64,000 nt of DNA from the human T2T-CHM13v2.0 reference genome, Homo sapiens: NCBI RefSeq assembly GCF_009914755.1, contig NC_060925.1; one strand, 5' to 3'. The translations under genes and the position numbers were made by a program. The first letter of the stretch is position 1. Each line of letters starts with the position of its first letter. Under the pieces are notes generated by a model. It was given only the letters and a program-made list of their open reading frames with translations. It did not search any database and was not told the origin of the DNA. Below, in pieces: positions 43,240-57,890 of the stretch.

Positions 43240-43850
43240 GTGCGAGGCGACCGTGGGAGGGTCAAGGGAGCGGGTGGCTACAGGTGTCTGAATAGGAAAC
43301 GTAAAGGACGAAGATTAATGTGCAATTCCTATGACTGAGAGACGCCGAGGCCCCAAACCGGGCCAGAATACAAAAGTCTGCAGGAAGCTCAATTGAGATA
43401 TAGGTGTTTTCTCCAATCAAACTTACCCAGCCAAGCTGATTCCTCAGAAGCAGCCCCAGACGTTTAACTCGACGGAAATGAGAAACGACCCAGGAACCCG
43501 TGGCCCTTTGGTCGTCGTAGTTTCCAAGGCTCAAAATGGACGCTTGGAAGCACTTCTCGTTCCTCAATCTAGAACTACAATTCCCGATGTACAGTGCGCG
43601 AGATTGCGCATTACAACTCTAAAACTACACCTCCCAGAGTTCTACGCGACCGTCCAGCCCCGCGTGGTCGTGCGAAACCGCCCAAGGCCTGGGATGCGGT
43701 GTGATTCCTCCCCCTGGTGGCCTGAAGAGGTGCCGCCGCGATTTCTGCTCTCGAGCGGAGGGTTTTGCCTTAGTCCCGTGCGTAACCCTCCGCCTCACCC
43801 TCCTCAAATAGTCCTCAGGCGTGCCTAGAAATGGCCCCCGCTTCGCTTTA
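43240..43850. promoter_or_regulatory. CpG-rich PAFAH2 promoter with ZNF143/THAP11-type ACTACAnnTCCC motifs and a CTCF-like site
   Basis: Local CpG enrichment; ACTACAATTCCC 43574-43585; ACTACACCTCCCAG 43624-43637; GGCCACCAGGGGGAG on the minus strand at 43708-43722; no obvious TATA box. Confidence 0.8.
43427..43540 (-). other. PAFAH2: PAFAH2 exon 1 (non-coding); 5' end/TSS approximate
   Basis: Strong donor CTGG|GTAAGT (plus acttac 43421-43426) inside the CpG-rich region, just downstream of the promoter motifs. The TSS cannot be read from sequence. Confidence 0.75.
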
Positions 43851-45524
43851 TTCTCAAGGAGGTGGGAGGAGGTTGGAGTTTGTTTTGTGTCTTCTGCACA
43901 CTTTGCTTCCTGTAAGAATAATAGACTGATCATTCAAATTAAGGGGACATTCCCTACCAGCCTGCATCTGTTGACACCTGTGATTTTCCATTGTCCTCAA
44001 AAGACTCCCTGGCAGAGAAAGGGGAGGAACCCGAGTAATCTGCTGGGCCGCATCCATCCCACATTACTGTCTAATGCTGGTTCTTAGCGACACTGATGGA
44101 CAAGATACCGCTCCTAGCCTCAACAGAATCACAGTCTAGCAGAGAATTCAGACAAATGAATAATGACAGCACAGAGCCGTGATCTCATGGGGAGACACAG
44201 CAAGCGTGGGAGCCTTGAAAAGGGGCCTCTGGCCAGGCTTGGGGGAAAAGGGCGGTGTCCGCAAGGCTTTTTAGAGGGAGTGATGTTTGTTAACATTGAG
44301 ACCCGATATAAGGAAAGAACGTAGCCAGGAGTACAGAGACTGTGAAGGACGTTTCAGAGTATGGCATTAAGTTCAGTGCTGGCTGCAGCTAAGTGTGAGG
44401 GATGGAAGGAGAGTATTCTCGGGGGAGTGGGCGTTAGGCAGAGCCCATCCTCAGGAGTTCTGTAAACTTCTATAGGAAATTTGGATCGTTCAGGCAGCTC
44501 AAAAACGTTCAACGGCCCTCTACTACCTATGAAGTGAAGTCCCAACTGCTTAGCCTGACATTCAAGGTCTTCTCCAACCTGCACTCCCCCACGCCCCACC
44601 CCCCACCCTTCAGCGCCCCTCCTCTGGGAGCTTTGTTCATGCCTCCAAAGTTTCCGCCGACATCTGTGTGTGCCTCGCACATGTGAGTCGACTCACACTG
44701 CCTTGGGTATCTCCTGTATTAGAGGTCTTAACTCTTGACACATTGTGAGCTCTTTGAGGTCAGGTACTGAGTCCTGCAGTCGCCCCCTCCACCCTACTCT
44801 TGCAGCCCACATCCCCCCGAAACACCAGGGTCCAGAGTCCCTGCTTTAGGCTCTCCTCTCCTGCCGACACACTGTTGTCACCCCCATCCTTCCAGGAGCC
44901 AAGATAAAGTCATCAGGAGAGAGTGCTGGCAGCCCTGCACTGTGGTAATTAAGCCTCGGATCTCATTAAATCTGTGGCTGATGGCGGTGGCCACAGAACC
45001 TGAAAAGCTTAGCGCAGATCAGAGAGCGGCTCCCTTTGGCCCATTAATCCGTGCTGTGCAGCTGGCCAGAACACTCACGACAAGCCAGAGGTCCTTGGTC
45101 ATGAGAGGGACAGCTGGAGGTCATTTCTTTCAGTCTCCTACTCCCAGACCAGGCCATGCTGGAGCCATTTGCTGGCCAGCTGAGTTTAAAATTTCCCAGG
45201 GATGGGCATGTCACCACCTCCTTTACCTCCTTTGTCACAGTTAGGAAGCTCTTCCTTGGGCACAATCAGATTCTTCCCTGTTGCAAAATAAAACAGTTGA
45301 GTTTAACTATACTTCCTTCCAATCCGGTCTTTTCTAGGATAAACAACCCAAATGCCTTTACCTTTTTAAGCAAATGGTTGATTTTCCAGCATTTTCATCA
45401 TAGATCTCATCCTCCAGTAGCCCAAAGTTCCCTTCAAATCTATCAGCTACCATCCCAACTCTGGCCTTTACTTTGTTGCTAAATTGCTTCAAGTTGGTAT
45501 TTGGGTGACCAGCTTTGGATTTCC

Positions 45525-48500
45525 TTTTTTTTAGGGGGGCGGGGGGGACAGAGTCTCGCTCTGTGGCCCAGTGGCGGGATCTCAGCTCACCGCAGCCTCC
45601 GCCTCCTGGGTTCAAGCAGTTCTCCCATCTCAGCCTCCATAGTAGCTGGGATTACAGGCACATTACCACACCTGGCTAATTTTTGTATTTTTAGTAGAGA
45701 TGGGTTTTCATCATGTTGGCCAGGCTGATCTTGGACTCCTGGCCTCAAGTAATCTGCCCACCTTGGCCTTCCAAAGTGCTGGGATTACAGGTGTGAGCCA
45801 CCACGCACCACCAGTGGACAAAACTTTTAAAATAAAGGTAGAATAGGTATACAATAAAGTATGTAATGGGCACTAAAGTATACAGCTTAACTTCTTAAAA
45901 ACATTTGCTATAACTACCATTTACTTCAAAATGTAGAACGTTTCCAATATCCTGAAAGGTTGGCTTCTCAGTTGTAATCAATCACCCCCACCCATCCTCC
46001 AGAAGGAACAACTACTTTCCGTCTCTTATCATCAACTAGTTTTGAGAAGCAACATTTTTTAACTTTGATAATAACATTTTATGCTCACTGATAGCTGATA
46101 CTTGTGTCGATGCCATTCCAGTCAAAGACCACCGGAAACACACCTGTATTAAAGAAGTTGTATTAATTATTCATTGCAGCAAGAGAGAAGGCAGGCAATG
46201 GGGAAATAAGGGCAAAGGGGGTGCATTTCTGTAGGAAGGTGGAAGAAAGAATTTACAGAATTTGGGCTTTTGTTAGACAATCTGGGGAGAGTTTAAGGAA
46301 GCAGGGCTTGGCTTTGGATTGGATGCTGTCAAGAGCAAGGGTAATTCTATGACTGGGGGTCTTGATAAAATGTATCTAGAAGGAGGGGAGGCTAGACCAA
46401 GGCTAAAGCTGTCATAGGTAAGAAGCAGCAGTCTCTCATTTTAGCACGGACGGGGGGTTGGTCTTTTTCATGGTTTGGACAATATCCATTTTTTGTTTGT
46501 GTTCAGACATGATGACAGAGTGGTCCTATTTGTGTTTTGATCCATTACAGTCACAGAGTGGCCTTGTCTGCTGTTGATGTTATATGAAGTTGTTTATGTT
46601 CAACAGGACAAGGCCAAGTCCTGGCTGTGAGTGTCAGGCTGGCCTCTGGACTTTGGGGGCTGCTTTCCTCTTTCTTACATCCCAACATATGGTGACGTCT
46701 CTTCTGGGCTGTATGCTTGGCATGTAGAAATGATTCGTCTTGGCCGGGCGCGGTGGCTCACGCCTGTAACCCCAGCACTTTGGGAGGCCGAGGTGGGCAG
46801 ATCACGAGGTCAGGAAATCAAGACCATCCTGGACAACATGGTGAAATCCCATCTCTACCAAAAATACAAAAATTAGCTAGGTATGGTGGCGTGCGCCTGT
46901 AATCTCAGGAGGCCAAGGCAAGAGAATCACTTGAACCTGTGAGGCAGAGATTGCAATGAGCTGAAATCTTGCCACTGCACTCCAGCTTGGCAACAGAGTG
47001 AGACTCCATCTCAAAAAAAAAAAGAAAAGAAAAGAAAAAAGAAAAAGAAATGATTTGTCTTTGTGTCCTTGGGGACTTCCTAGTTAGTGGGGAAAAATGG
47101 ACAAGAAAACAAATAGACACCATTATCAAGCACTCTAGTGAAGGGAGTGAAGGGTCTGGTCTCTGGAGACAGGCTACTGAATTTAAATCCCAGCTCTACC
47201 ACTTACTAACTGTGAGAACTTGGGCAATGACTATTCCCTAAGCCTCAGTTTCCTCATCTGTAAATTGGAATGACAATAGTATTTATATTATAGAATTGTT
47301 TCAAGGGTTCAATGAACTAAACATGGATCACTGGTTACTTAAGCAGCTTGGACTTGGGAGGGGGCCGGGATGGATCCAAGTTTTGGGGCTTGAAACTTAC
47401 ACAGTTTTGGGGGGCTCTCTTTAAGAAAAAGAATTTTAGGCCGGGCACCGTGGCTCATGCCTGTAATCCCAGCACTTTGGGAGGCCGAGGCGGGTGGATC
47501 ACCCAAGGTTAGGGGTTCGAGACCAACCTGACCAACATGATGAAACCCCCATCTCTACTAAATATACAAAGATTAGCTGGGTGTGGAGGCATGTGCCTGC
47601 ATTCCCAGCTACTAGGGAGGTGGGGGCTGCAGTGAGCTGAGATCGTGCCACTGCACTCCAGCCTGGGCGACAGAGTAAGATCCACCAAAAAAAAAAAGAA
47701 AGAAAAAGAATTTAAAAATATCTTTTTCAAAATTTGCAAAACGTATGACCTGGGAACACATTGCTAGGTCTCCTTCCAGGGCCTGAGAAGAGGTTCTGGA
47801 GCTAAAACTTCATTACTTTCTCAATAATTCTGACTGTGGGAAGAGACAAAGAGGCAAAATTATACAATAGCTTTATTCTTTTCAAATCACTGTCTTCAAA
47901 CAAGCGCTGCCAAAATGTCCTTGCCCTTAGCTGAAAACTGCTCCAGTACTCTTAGCTCTTTCTTGTATTATAGCCTACAAGTCAGTGGGCAATGCACTAG
48001 TGATGGAGAAACTGACTTAGGTCTGGTTCTGCATATAGCTACACCTAGTCTTTATCAGCATTGGGACCCAAGTGGAGTTCAAATGAATCCTTTTTAACAT
48101 CTTGTTAACAAGATGTGCTTAACAAAGGTCAAGAACAGGAATTGTCCTTCCTTACTTTGCTACTGTAATCATTCTTCCATTCAAAAAATATGTATTGAGG
48201 CCAGGTGCGGTGGTTCATGCCTGTAATCCCAGCACTTTGGGAGGCCGAGGCGGGCAGATCACTTGAAGTCAGGATTTCAAGGCCAGCCTGGCCAACATGA
48301 CGAAACCCCGTCTCTACTAAAAACACAAAAATTAGCCAGGCACGGTGGTGGGCACCTGTAATCCCAGCTACTAGGGAGGTTAAGGCAGGAGAATTGCTTG
48401 AACCTGGGAGGCGGAGGTTGCAGTAAGCCAAGGTCGCGTCACTGCACTCCAGCCTGGGCGACAGAGTGAGACCCTGTCTCAAAAAAAAAAAAAAAAGTAT

Positions 48501-48935
48501 TGAGCACTTAGTATGTCCCAGGCATTATGCTTGGCACTGCATATAAAGCAGTGAATAAGAGGGACCAATTCCCTGCTCACACGGTGCTTTCATTCTAGTG
48601 AGGAGAGACAGAGTTAAACAAACAAACAGGTGGAGCGTGGTGGCTCACGCCTGTAATCCCAGCACTTTGAGAAGCTGAGGCAGGTGGATCACTTGAGGCC
48701 TGGAGTTTGAGACTGGCCTGGGCAACATAGTGAGACCCTGCCTTATAAAAAATTAAAAAAGAAAATAGCTGGGCGTGGTAGTGCATGCCTGTAGTCCTAA
48801 TTACTACAAGGCTGAAGTGGGAGGACAATTTGAGCCTAGGAGTTTGAAGCTGCAGTGAGCTACGATTGCGACACCGCATTGCAGCCTGGGTGACAGAGTG
48901 AGACCTTGTCTCTAAAGCAAAAACAAAAACAAAAC
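45525..48935. mobile_element. Alus upstream of the promoter (-45525-45810, +46742-47050, +47439-47700, +48199-48496, +48629-48935)
   Basis: Consensus matches. Confidence 0.8.
46105..46680 (-). mobile_element. Old ERV LTR relic (family uncertain)
   Basis: TG start, LTR-like composition, TTTCCTCTTTCTTACA end; family not resolved. Confidence 0.4.
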
Positions 48936-49488
48936 TCCAAACAAACACATAACCAAGATAATTATATACTATGTTAAATGCTTCACAGGAAGTAGGATAC
49001 TGCTTTGGTGGAGAATGAAGGGAGTGAGCTACTCTCAATAGGGTGGGAGGGAAGGATTCTCTGAGGAGCTGGCATCTGAGCTGAGCCCAAGCATACCTAC
49101 CATTTATTGATTATCTCCTATGTGTCAGCCATGTCATTAGGTAACTTTCAAATACTTTACATTTAATCTTCCTGTGAAGTATGTCATGTCTTTTCCATTT
49201 TTCAGATGAGAAAACAGAGGCTCAAAGAGGTAACAGCGGACAGTGTTGACACCTGCCTCATAGCCCCTCATCCCTTCTCTGAGTTCCCTTGCCAGTGTGG
49301 TAGTTTTCAGCATGCTCAGGGCTCCACCACACAAGAGCCTGCTTCTCTTGGCTTCCTTGCCTGAGAGCTTTCTTAAGTATCTATGAACCAGGAGGAACAG
49401 GCGTGTTATGTATCCCAAGGGCAACCTTCAACCATCAAGAGAGTTGGTGCCTAAATGCCCAACCTCCTCATCTTCACATAGGAGAGTC

Positions 49489-49669
49489 TTTTCTTTTTCT
49501 TTCTTTCTCTTTCTTTCTTTCCTCTCCTTCCTTTCTTTCTCTTTCTTTCTTCTTTCTTTCTCTCTCTCTTTTTTTTCCACTTCCCCTTCTTCTTCCCCTT
49601 CCTTCCCCTCCCCTCCGCTTCCCTCCCCTCCCCTTCCCTCCCCTCCCTTCCCCACCCTTCCTTTCCCTT
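49489..49669 (+). repeat. (TTTC)n/(CCCCT)n polypyrimidine tract
   Basis: Direct reading. Confidence 0.93.
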
Positions 49670-49677
49670 TAAATTAA

Positions 49678-49782
<105 letters not shown>

Positions 49783-50133
49783 TGATTTCACACTGTCTCT
49801 CAGAAGGTCTCCAGCAGAACTGCGCCCAGGTGCTCCTGGCAGCAACCCACACATTCACGCACCCTTTATTACCTTTTCTCTTCCCGGTCTTACTTTCTCC
49901 ATGCCCTTCTTCTGCTTCCTGAAATTACCTCCGCAATTTAGTTCCAGCACCTGAGTCTCAGGATCTGCTGATGGGAGAACTCAAGCTAAGACTAAGTGAC
50001 TTGCCCAAGGCCACCCAACCTAGTGGCAGAACTGAAATGTGCAGCCAGGTCTGCCTGGATCACATTTCACAATCCTCACTGCTGCACCCCATGACAGTAA
50101 GCCTGAGATGGAGCTAAGCCTTTTATTTTATTT

Positions 50134-50188
<55 letters not shown>
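50134..50188. repeat. (TA)n microsatellite
   Basis: Direct reading. Confidence 0.95.
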
Positions 50189-50190
<2 letters not shown>

Positions 50191-51319
50191 AATAGTTTTT
50201 TCTTTCCAACTTTTAAGTTTAAGGGGTACATTTGGAGCCTAAGCTTTTTAGTCTGGCTCAAGGCCCTTCACATCCTGACCCTAGCTGATCTTTTTTGACT
50301 TATCTCCCACCTCCTCATTCTTGGTCACCCCTTGCTCCAGGGACAGCAAACTGCTTGGGAACATAACGTTCTCCAACCCTGCCATGCCCTGTCACCCCTG
50401 CATATCTTTGCAAATGCTGTCTTTTCTGCCAAAATATGGGTTGAATCTGTGTGGTCCAGACAATAACCACCCTGGCCCCACTCCACCCAAAGAATGCCAA
50501 ATGCCAGTGTCCAGCCCTGGGAAGGAACATGTTTGTGCCAAGTGCTCGGCACATCTGAGCTCATTCAGTTTGCACAATGATTCTGAGAGGTCAGTAGCTC
50601 CACCCTCAGTTTGCAGGTTCGGAAACCAAGGTACGCAAAGGCCAGGTGACTTACCCAAGGTCTTACAGTTAATGGCTGGCAAAACCAGGATTAAACTCAG
50701 ATTTCCCTGTTCTGCCACCATACCTTGATGCCTGGCTGGAGGGAAGGGATGGGAACTGGGTTTTCTGAGGCTGCTCTCACATTCCCTGTCTGCCAAGCCT
50801 AAGTGTAGAGATGGGGGGCATCTGCCAAGGCAGCTGCCAGAGCCCTAGCTAGGTGGAGAAGGGACTACGGAGCCCAGAAGGAGGCCAGGCTGAGGGGGCT
50901 TCCTGCAAGGAAAAGAGCTGGTCATCCTGCTCACTCCTACCTGGGAGGGGGAAGCATTACCCTTTCTGCTTTCTGGCTCCTTCCAGGCCTTTGGGAGTTT
51001 ACTTGGCCTCAACAATGTCCTGCTTCCCAGAATCTCTCATCAAAAATGATTCTTGGAAACTGGGCCAGTTCGGGGATGCCTAGAGGCCAAGGCAGGGCTG
51101 AATTCCTGCTCTTAATGTTCTCTTCCTGGCTCCCAGCATTGTTATCATCAAGTCTATCAAATGCCTGGTAAAGGGTTGCCAGCCTGCAGAACATGAGATG
51201 ATTTGGTGAGCACCAAGTTCTCAGTAGTTTTGGAGAAATTGGATGGGGTTGCAATGGGAGTGGGGGTGGAAACCTTGCCAGCAATATCGTGCCAATCTCT
51301 GCTTAAAATTTCTAGGGAT

Positions 51320-52075
51320 ACTGCTTAGCCTGACATAGCACTGGTTTTGGGTACAGGGGCAGGGCAGAGAGGTTGGCAGCAGATGGGTGCAGCATGTGTA
51401 GTAGGGTAGGGTGTTCTTAGGTCCCCAGGGGAGTGTTTTCCTTCCATGATCAGATCCCATTGTAGGCGGCAATGCCTGCTGTGAGCCTAAGAAAATTATA
51501 CAAACATGGCAGGTAAGGTGGGGTCAGGGGACCCAGGGTGGGGGCAGGAGTGGTGAGGGGCAGTGGGCAAGGCTGGAGGGGAGGGAGGTATAGAGAGGCC
51601 TCTGCTGCAATAACTGTGAGCCCTGGCCAGTGATGAAGTCACCATTAGTGCAGTCTGAGTTCTGGGAACCAGGTGATGGAGTGTGTTCCAAGAATGGACT
51701 GAGGGCCGGGTGCAGTGGCTCATGCCTGTAATCCCAGCACTTTGGGAGGCTGAGGCGGGTGGATCACCTGAGATCAGGAGTTGGAGACCAGCCTGGCCAA
51801 CGTGCTGAAACCCCATCTCTACTAAAAATACAAAAAAATTAGTCCGGCATGTTGGCACCTACCTGTAATCCCAGCTACTCGGGAGGCTGAGGCAGGAGAA
51901 ATCGCTTGAACCCGGGAGGCGGAGCTTGCAGTGAGCCGAGATTGCGCCATTGCACTCTAGCCTGGGCGACAGAGTGAGATTCTGTCTCAAAAATAAATAA
52001 ATAAATAAATAAATAATAAAAAGAATGAACTGAGGCCAGGCAAAATAAGATAAGAAAAAATAAAATAAAATAAAA
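51320..52075 (+). pseudogene. SCARNA17 (mgU12-22/U4-8, U91)-like retrocopy, interrupted at its 3' end by an Alu
   Basis: Colinear with my recollection of SCARNA17 from CTGGTTTTGGGTAC (51341) to GACTGAG (51703). Box C GTGATGA 51630-36, D' CTGA 51655-58, C' GTGATGG 51673-79, D CTGA 51699-702. U12-complementary TGTTTTCCTT 51434-43; A-rich tail at 52041-52075. Confidence 0.85.
51704..52020 (+). mobile_element. Alu inserted into the 3' end of the scaRNA retrocopy
   Basis: TSD AAGAATG(G/A)ACTGAG at 51690-51703 and 52021-52034. Confidence 0.9.
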
Positions 52076-52178
52076 TCCCTCTGGGATTGCTTGCGCCTCC
52101 ACAACAGAAGTTGCAGGCCTTACAGAAGCCCTTCAAGATCTGGATCAATTTCCCTCAGCCAGGCAGATTCACACCCCC

Positions 52179-52435
52179 TTCACATCCAACGTGACCAGCC
52201 GGTCCCTCGACACACATGCGCTCAGCCACCTCCACGCATTTCATACCCAACGTGACCAGCTGGTCCCTTGACACGTGCGCTCAGCCACCTCCATGCATTT
52301 CACACCCAACGTGACCAGCCGGTCCCTAAACACATTTCACACCTAACGTGATCAGCCGGTCCCTAGACACATTTCACACCTAACGTGATCAGCCGGTCCC
52401 TAGACACCCATGCGCTCAGCCCCTTTCGTGCATTT
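52179..52435. repeat. Minisatellite, 5 units (61, 59, 37, 37, ~60 bp)
   Basis: Shared core AACGTGA(C/T)CAGC(C/T)GGTCCCT; unit starts at 52179, 52240, 52299, 52336, 52373. Confidence 0.93.
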
Positions 52436-53013
52436 GTTTGTGCTGCCCTTCTCCCTGTCTGCTTCCTGTCTCCTCCTTCAAACCCAGTGAGATGTCACTT
52501 TCTCTGGGATGTCCTCCTTGGCTGATTGCTCTGTACTCCCAGGTGCTTCTCTAACACTTGTTGGCATCCCCAGGACAGTACACATAACCCTGCAATGAAG
52601 TGACCAGAGTGCAGGTCTGCCTCCGCATGTGACCGTGGGCTCCTGGAGGGTGAGAGTACCTTCTTATTCATTTCTGAATAAGGCCTAGCACAGCACCTGA
52701 CACGGTGGGTATTGGTTAAAAGATGAGGGGCCAGCCCAGGTAACATGGCGACACCATGTCTCTACAGAAAATTTTTTTTGAAACAGAGTCTCACTCTGTT
52801 GTCCAGACTGGAATGCAATGGCCTCCTGGGTTCAAGTGATTCTCCTGCCTCAGCCTCTTGAGTAGCTGGGACTACAGGCATGCACCACCACACCACAGCG
52901 GGATAATTTTTGTATTTTTAGTGGAGACAGGGTTTCACCATGTTGGCCAGGCTGGTCTCAAACTTCTGACCTCAAGTGATCCGCCCACCTCAGCCTCCCA
53001 AGCACTGGGATTA

Positions 53014-53307
<294 letters not shown>

Positions 53308-53997
53308 TTAAATTGGCCTAAGACAATAGGGAGCAGGAGGGACAAACTAGACAGTGAATGACTTGTGTGAAGGGATTCAAACTCAATGAAAGAAAATTGG
53401 GGAGAGGGTGGCAGCCCGTGCCTCTAATCCTGGCTACTCAAGAGGCTGAGGTGGGAGGATCGCTTCAGCCCAGGAGGTCAAGGATGAGTGAGCTATGATC
53501 ACATCTATGAATAGCTATGGTACTCCAGCCTGGGCAACAGAGTGAGACCCAGCCTCTACATTAAAAAATAATGGGGCTGAGAGCGGTGGCTCACGCCTGT
53601 AATCCCAGCATTTTGGGAGGCGAGGCGAGCAGATCACCTGAGGTCAGGAGTTCAAGACTACTCTGACCAACATTGCAAAACCCCATCTCTACTAAAAATA
53701 CAAAAATTAGCTGGGTATGGTGGTGAGCGCCTGTAGTCCCAGTTACTCGGGAGGTGGAGGTTGCAGTGAGCCAAGATTGCGCCACTGCACTCCAGCCTGG
53801 GCAACAGAGTGAGATTCTGTCTCAAAATAATACTAATACTAATACTAATACTAATAATAATATAAAAAATAATGTTGGCCACATGTGGTGGCTTATACCT
53901 GTAATCTCAGCACTTTGGGAGGCCAAGGAGACTTGATCACCTGAGGTCAGGAGTTCGAGAGCAGCCTGGCCAACACGGTGAAACCCCATCTCTACTA

Positions 53998-54156
<159 letters not shown>

Positions 54157-54890
54157 TCAAAATTAATAAATAAATAAAAAGTCATCAGGCTCCTGCTTTT
54201 AGGGTCCTACAGTCAAGATACTATTTTTTAAAAAAAAGAGAAAGAAAATTGGTGGGTGAAACATAGTCTCTGATAAAACAACAATATGCTAGTATTTATT
54301 GTATGCTTACTCTTTGTTAAGAAATACAGCTCCGTGGTTCCAAGCGTGGACTCTGGAAACAGGCTGCCGGATTTGAGTCCTGGCTTTCCTGCCTGTTAGC
54401 TGTTGACACTTTGGTCATGTCATTTAACCTCTCTAAGCCTCAGTTTCCTCATCTGCAAAATAGAAAGTATAACAATATCTACCTTAGAGGGTTGTGAGGA
54501 TTCAAAGAGTGAATAGTAAACAGAAAGCACATAAAATAGTGTCTGGCCCATGGAAAACATCCAGGAAGTGTTGGCTGTTATTGTTCCTTGATGGTGAGTG
54601 TTCATGGAAGGCCTGGCTGAGAAGGTGACCATAAACTGAGCCCTGGACATGGGAAAGGGGCCACCCCTGCTGAGCTCTGGGCGAAGACATTCCAGGCAGA
54701 GGGAACAGCAGAGGAAGGCCCCTGAGGCTCTGCTGGGTGTGAGGGCAGGAAGAAGGCAGTGGGGCTGGAGCCCCGAGCAAGAGAGGGCAGAGGCGAGGGC
54801 CTGGAGGAGAGGGAGGGGCCAGCGCTTGGCGGGCCTTCTAGGCCGCGGAAAGAAGTCTGGATTTTATTCTAAGTATGATGGAAGGCATGA

Positions 54891-54891
54891 A

Positions 54892-54928
<37 letters not shown>
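54891..54928. repeat. (TAT)n microsatellite
   Basis: Direct reading. Confidence 0.93.
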
Positions 54929-54939
54929 GCTTATTATTG

Positions 54940-56555
<1,616 letters not shown>

Positions 56556-57078
56556 GACAGAGCATTAAAATACAGGCAATAAAAAGACAATGGTTAATAC
56601 AGTGTCAAAGCCAAGGAGAGAGTGGGCTTATATTTTACCAAGATCCTCTGGCTGCTGGGAGGAGAAAGTACTTTAGTGAGGCGAGAGGAAAGCAGGGACC
56701 AGAAGCCAATGCAATGATCCCGGGTGAGCAAGGCGGCTTAGCTTAGGGTGAGGGCAGGGGAGGTGGGAGCGAGGCTGGTTTCAGGGTTTCTTTGAAGATG
56801 AGGCTGATGACCATCCAACAAGGAGCCTTTCAGATTACAAGAAGCAACTTGAGGCTCATTCTATTCTTATTTCTGAGATGCACATTTATGCTTCCTCCCC
56901 TACTTATGAATTGTACTATCTCACTCTTCTTTTTTTTTTTTTTTAGCTCTGTCACTCATGCTGGAGTGCAAGGGTACAATCACAGCTGACTGCAGCCTCA
57001 ACTTCCCGGGCTCAAGTGATCCTGCCACCTCAGCCTCAAGCAGCTGGGACCACAGGCACGTGCCACCATGCCAGGCTA

Positions 57079-57488
<410 letters not shown>

Positions 57489-57686
57489 TCACTCTTCTGA
57501 TGCTAATGGCTTATTAAAGCAATTTAAGGAAATGACACCTCCAGGATTAGAGGTAAACATAAAGTGTCCAACATAGCGTCCAGTATATAGTAGGTACTGA
57601 ACAAATCCACTGCTTTTTCTTCCATAAGGGAAAGTAGACTGTGGTTCAAGTATGGGCTTTACCCCACACTGGTTGGGTGACCCTAG

Positions 57687-57890
<204 letters not shown>

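Noticed and set aside
52179-52435. CRISPR-like repeat/spacer appearance
   Set aside because: The intervening segments are themselves repeated, there are no cas genes, and the context is eukaryotic; it is a minisatellite.
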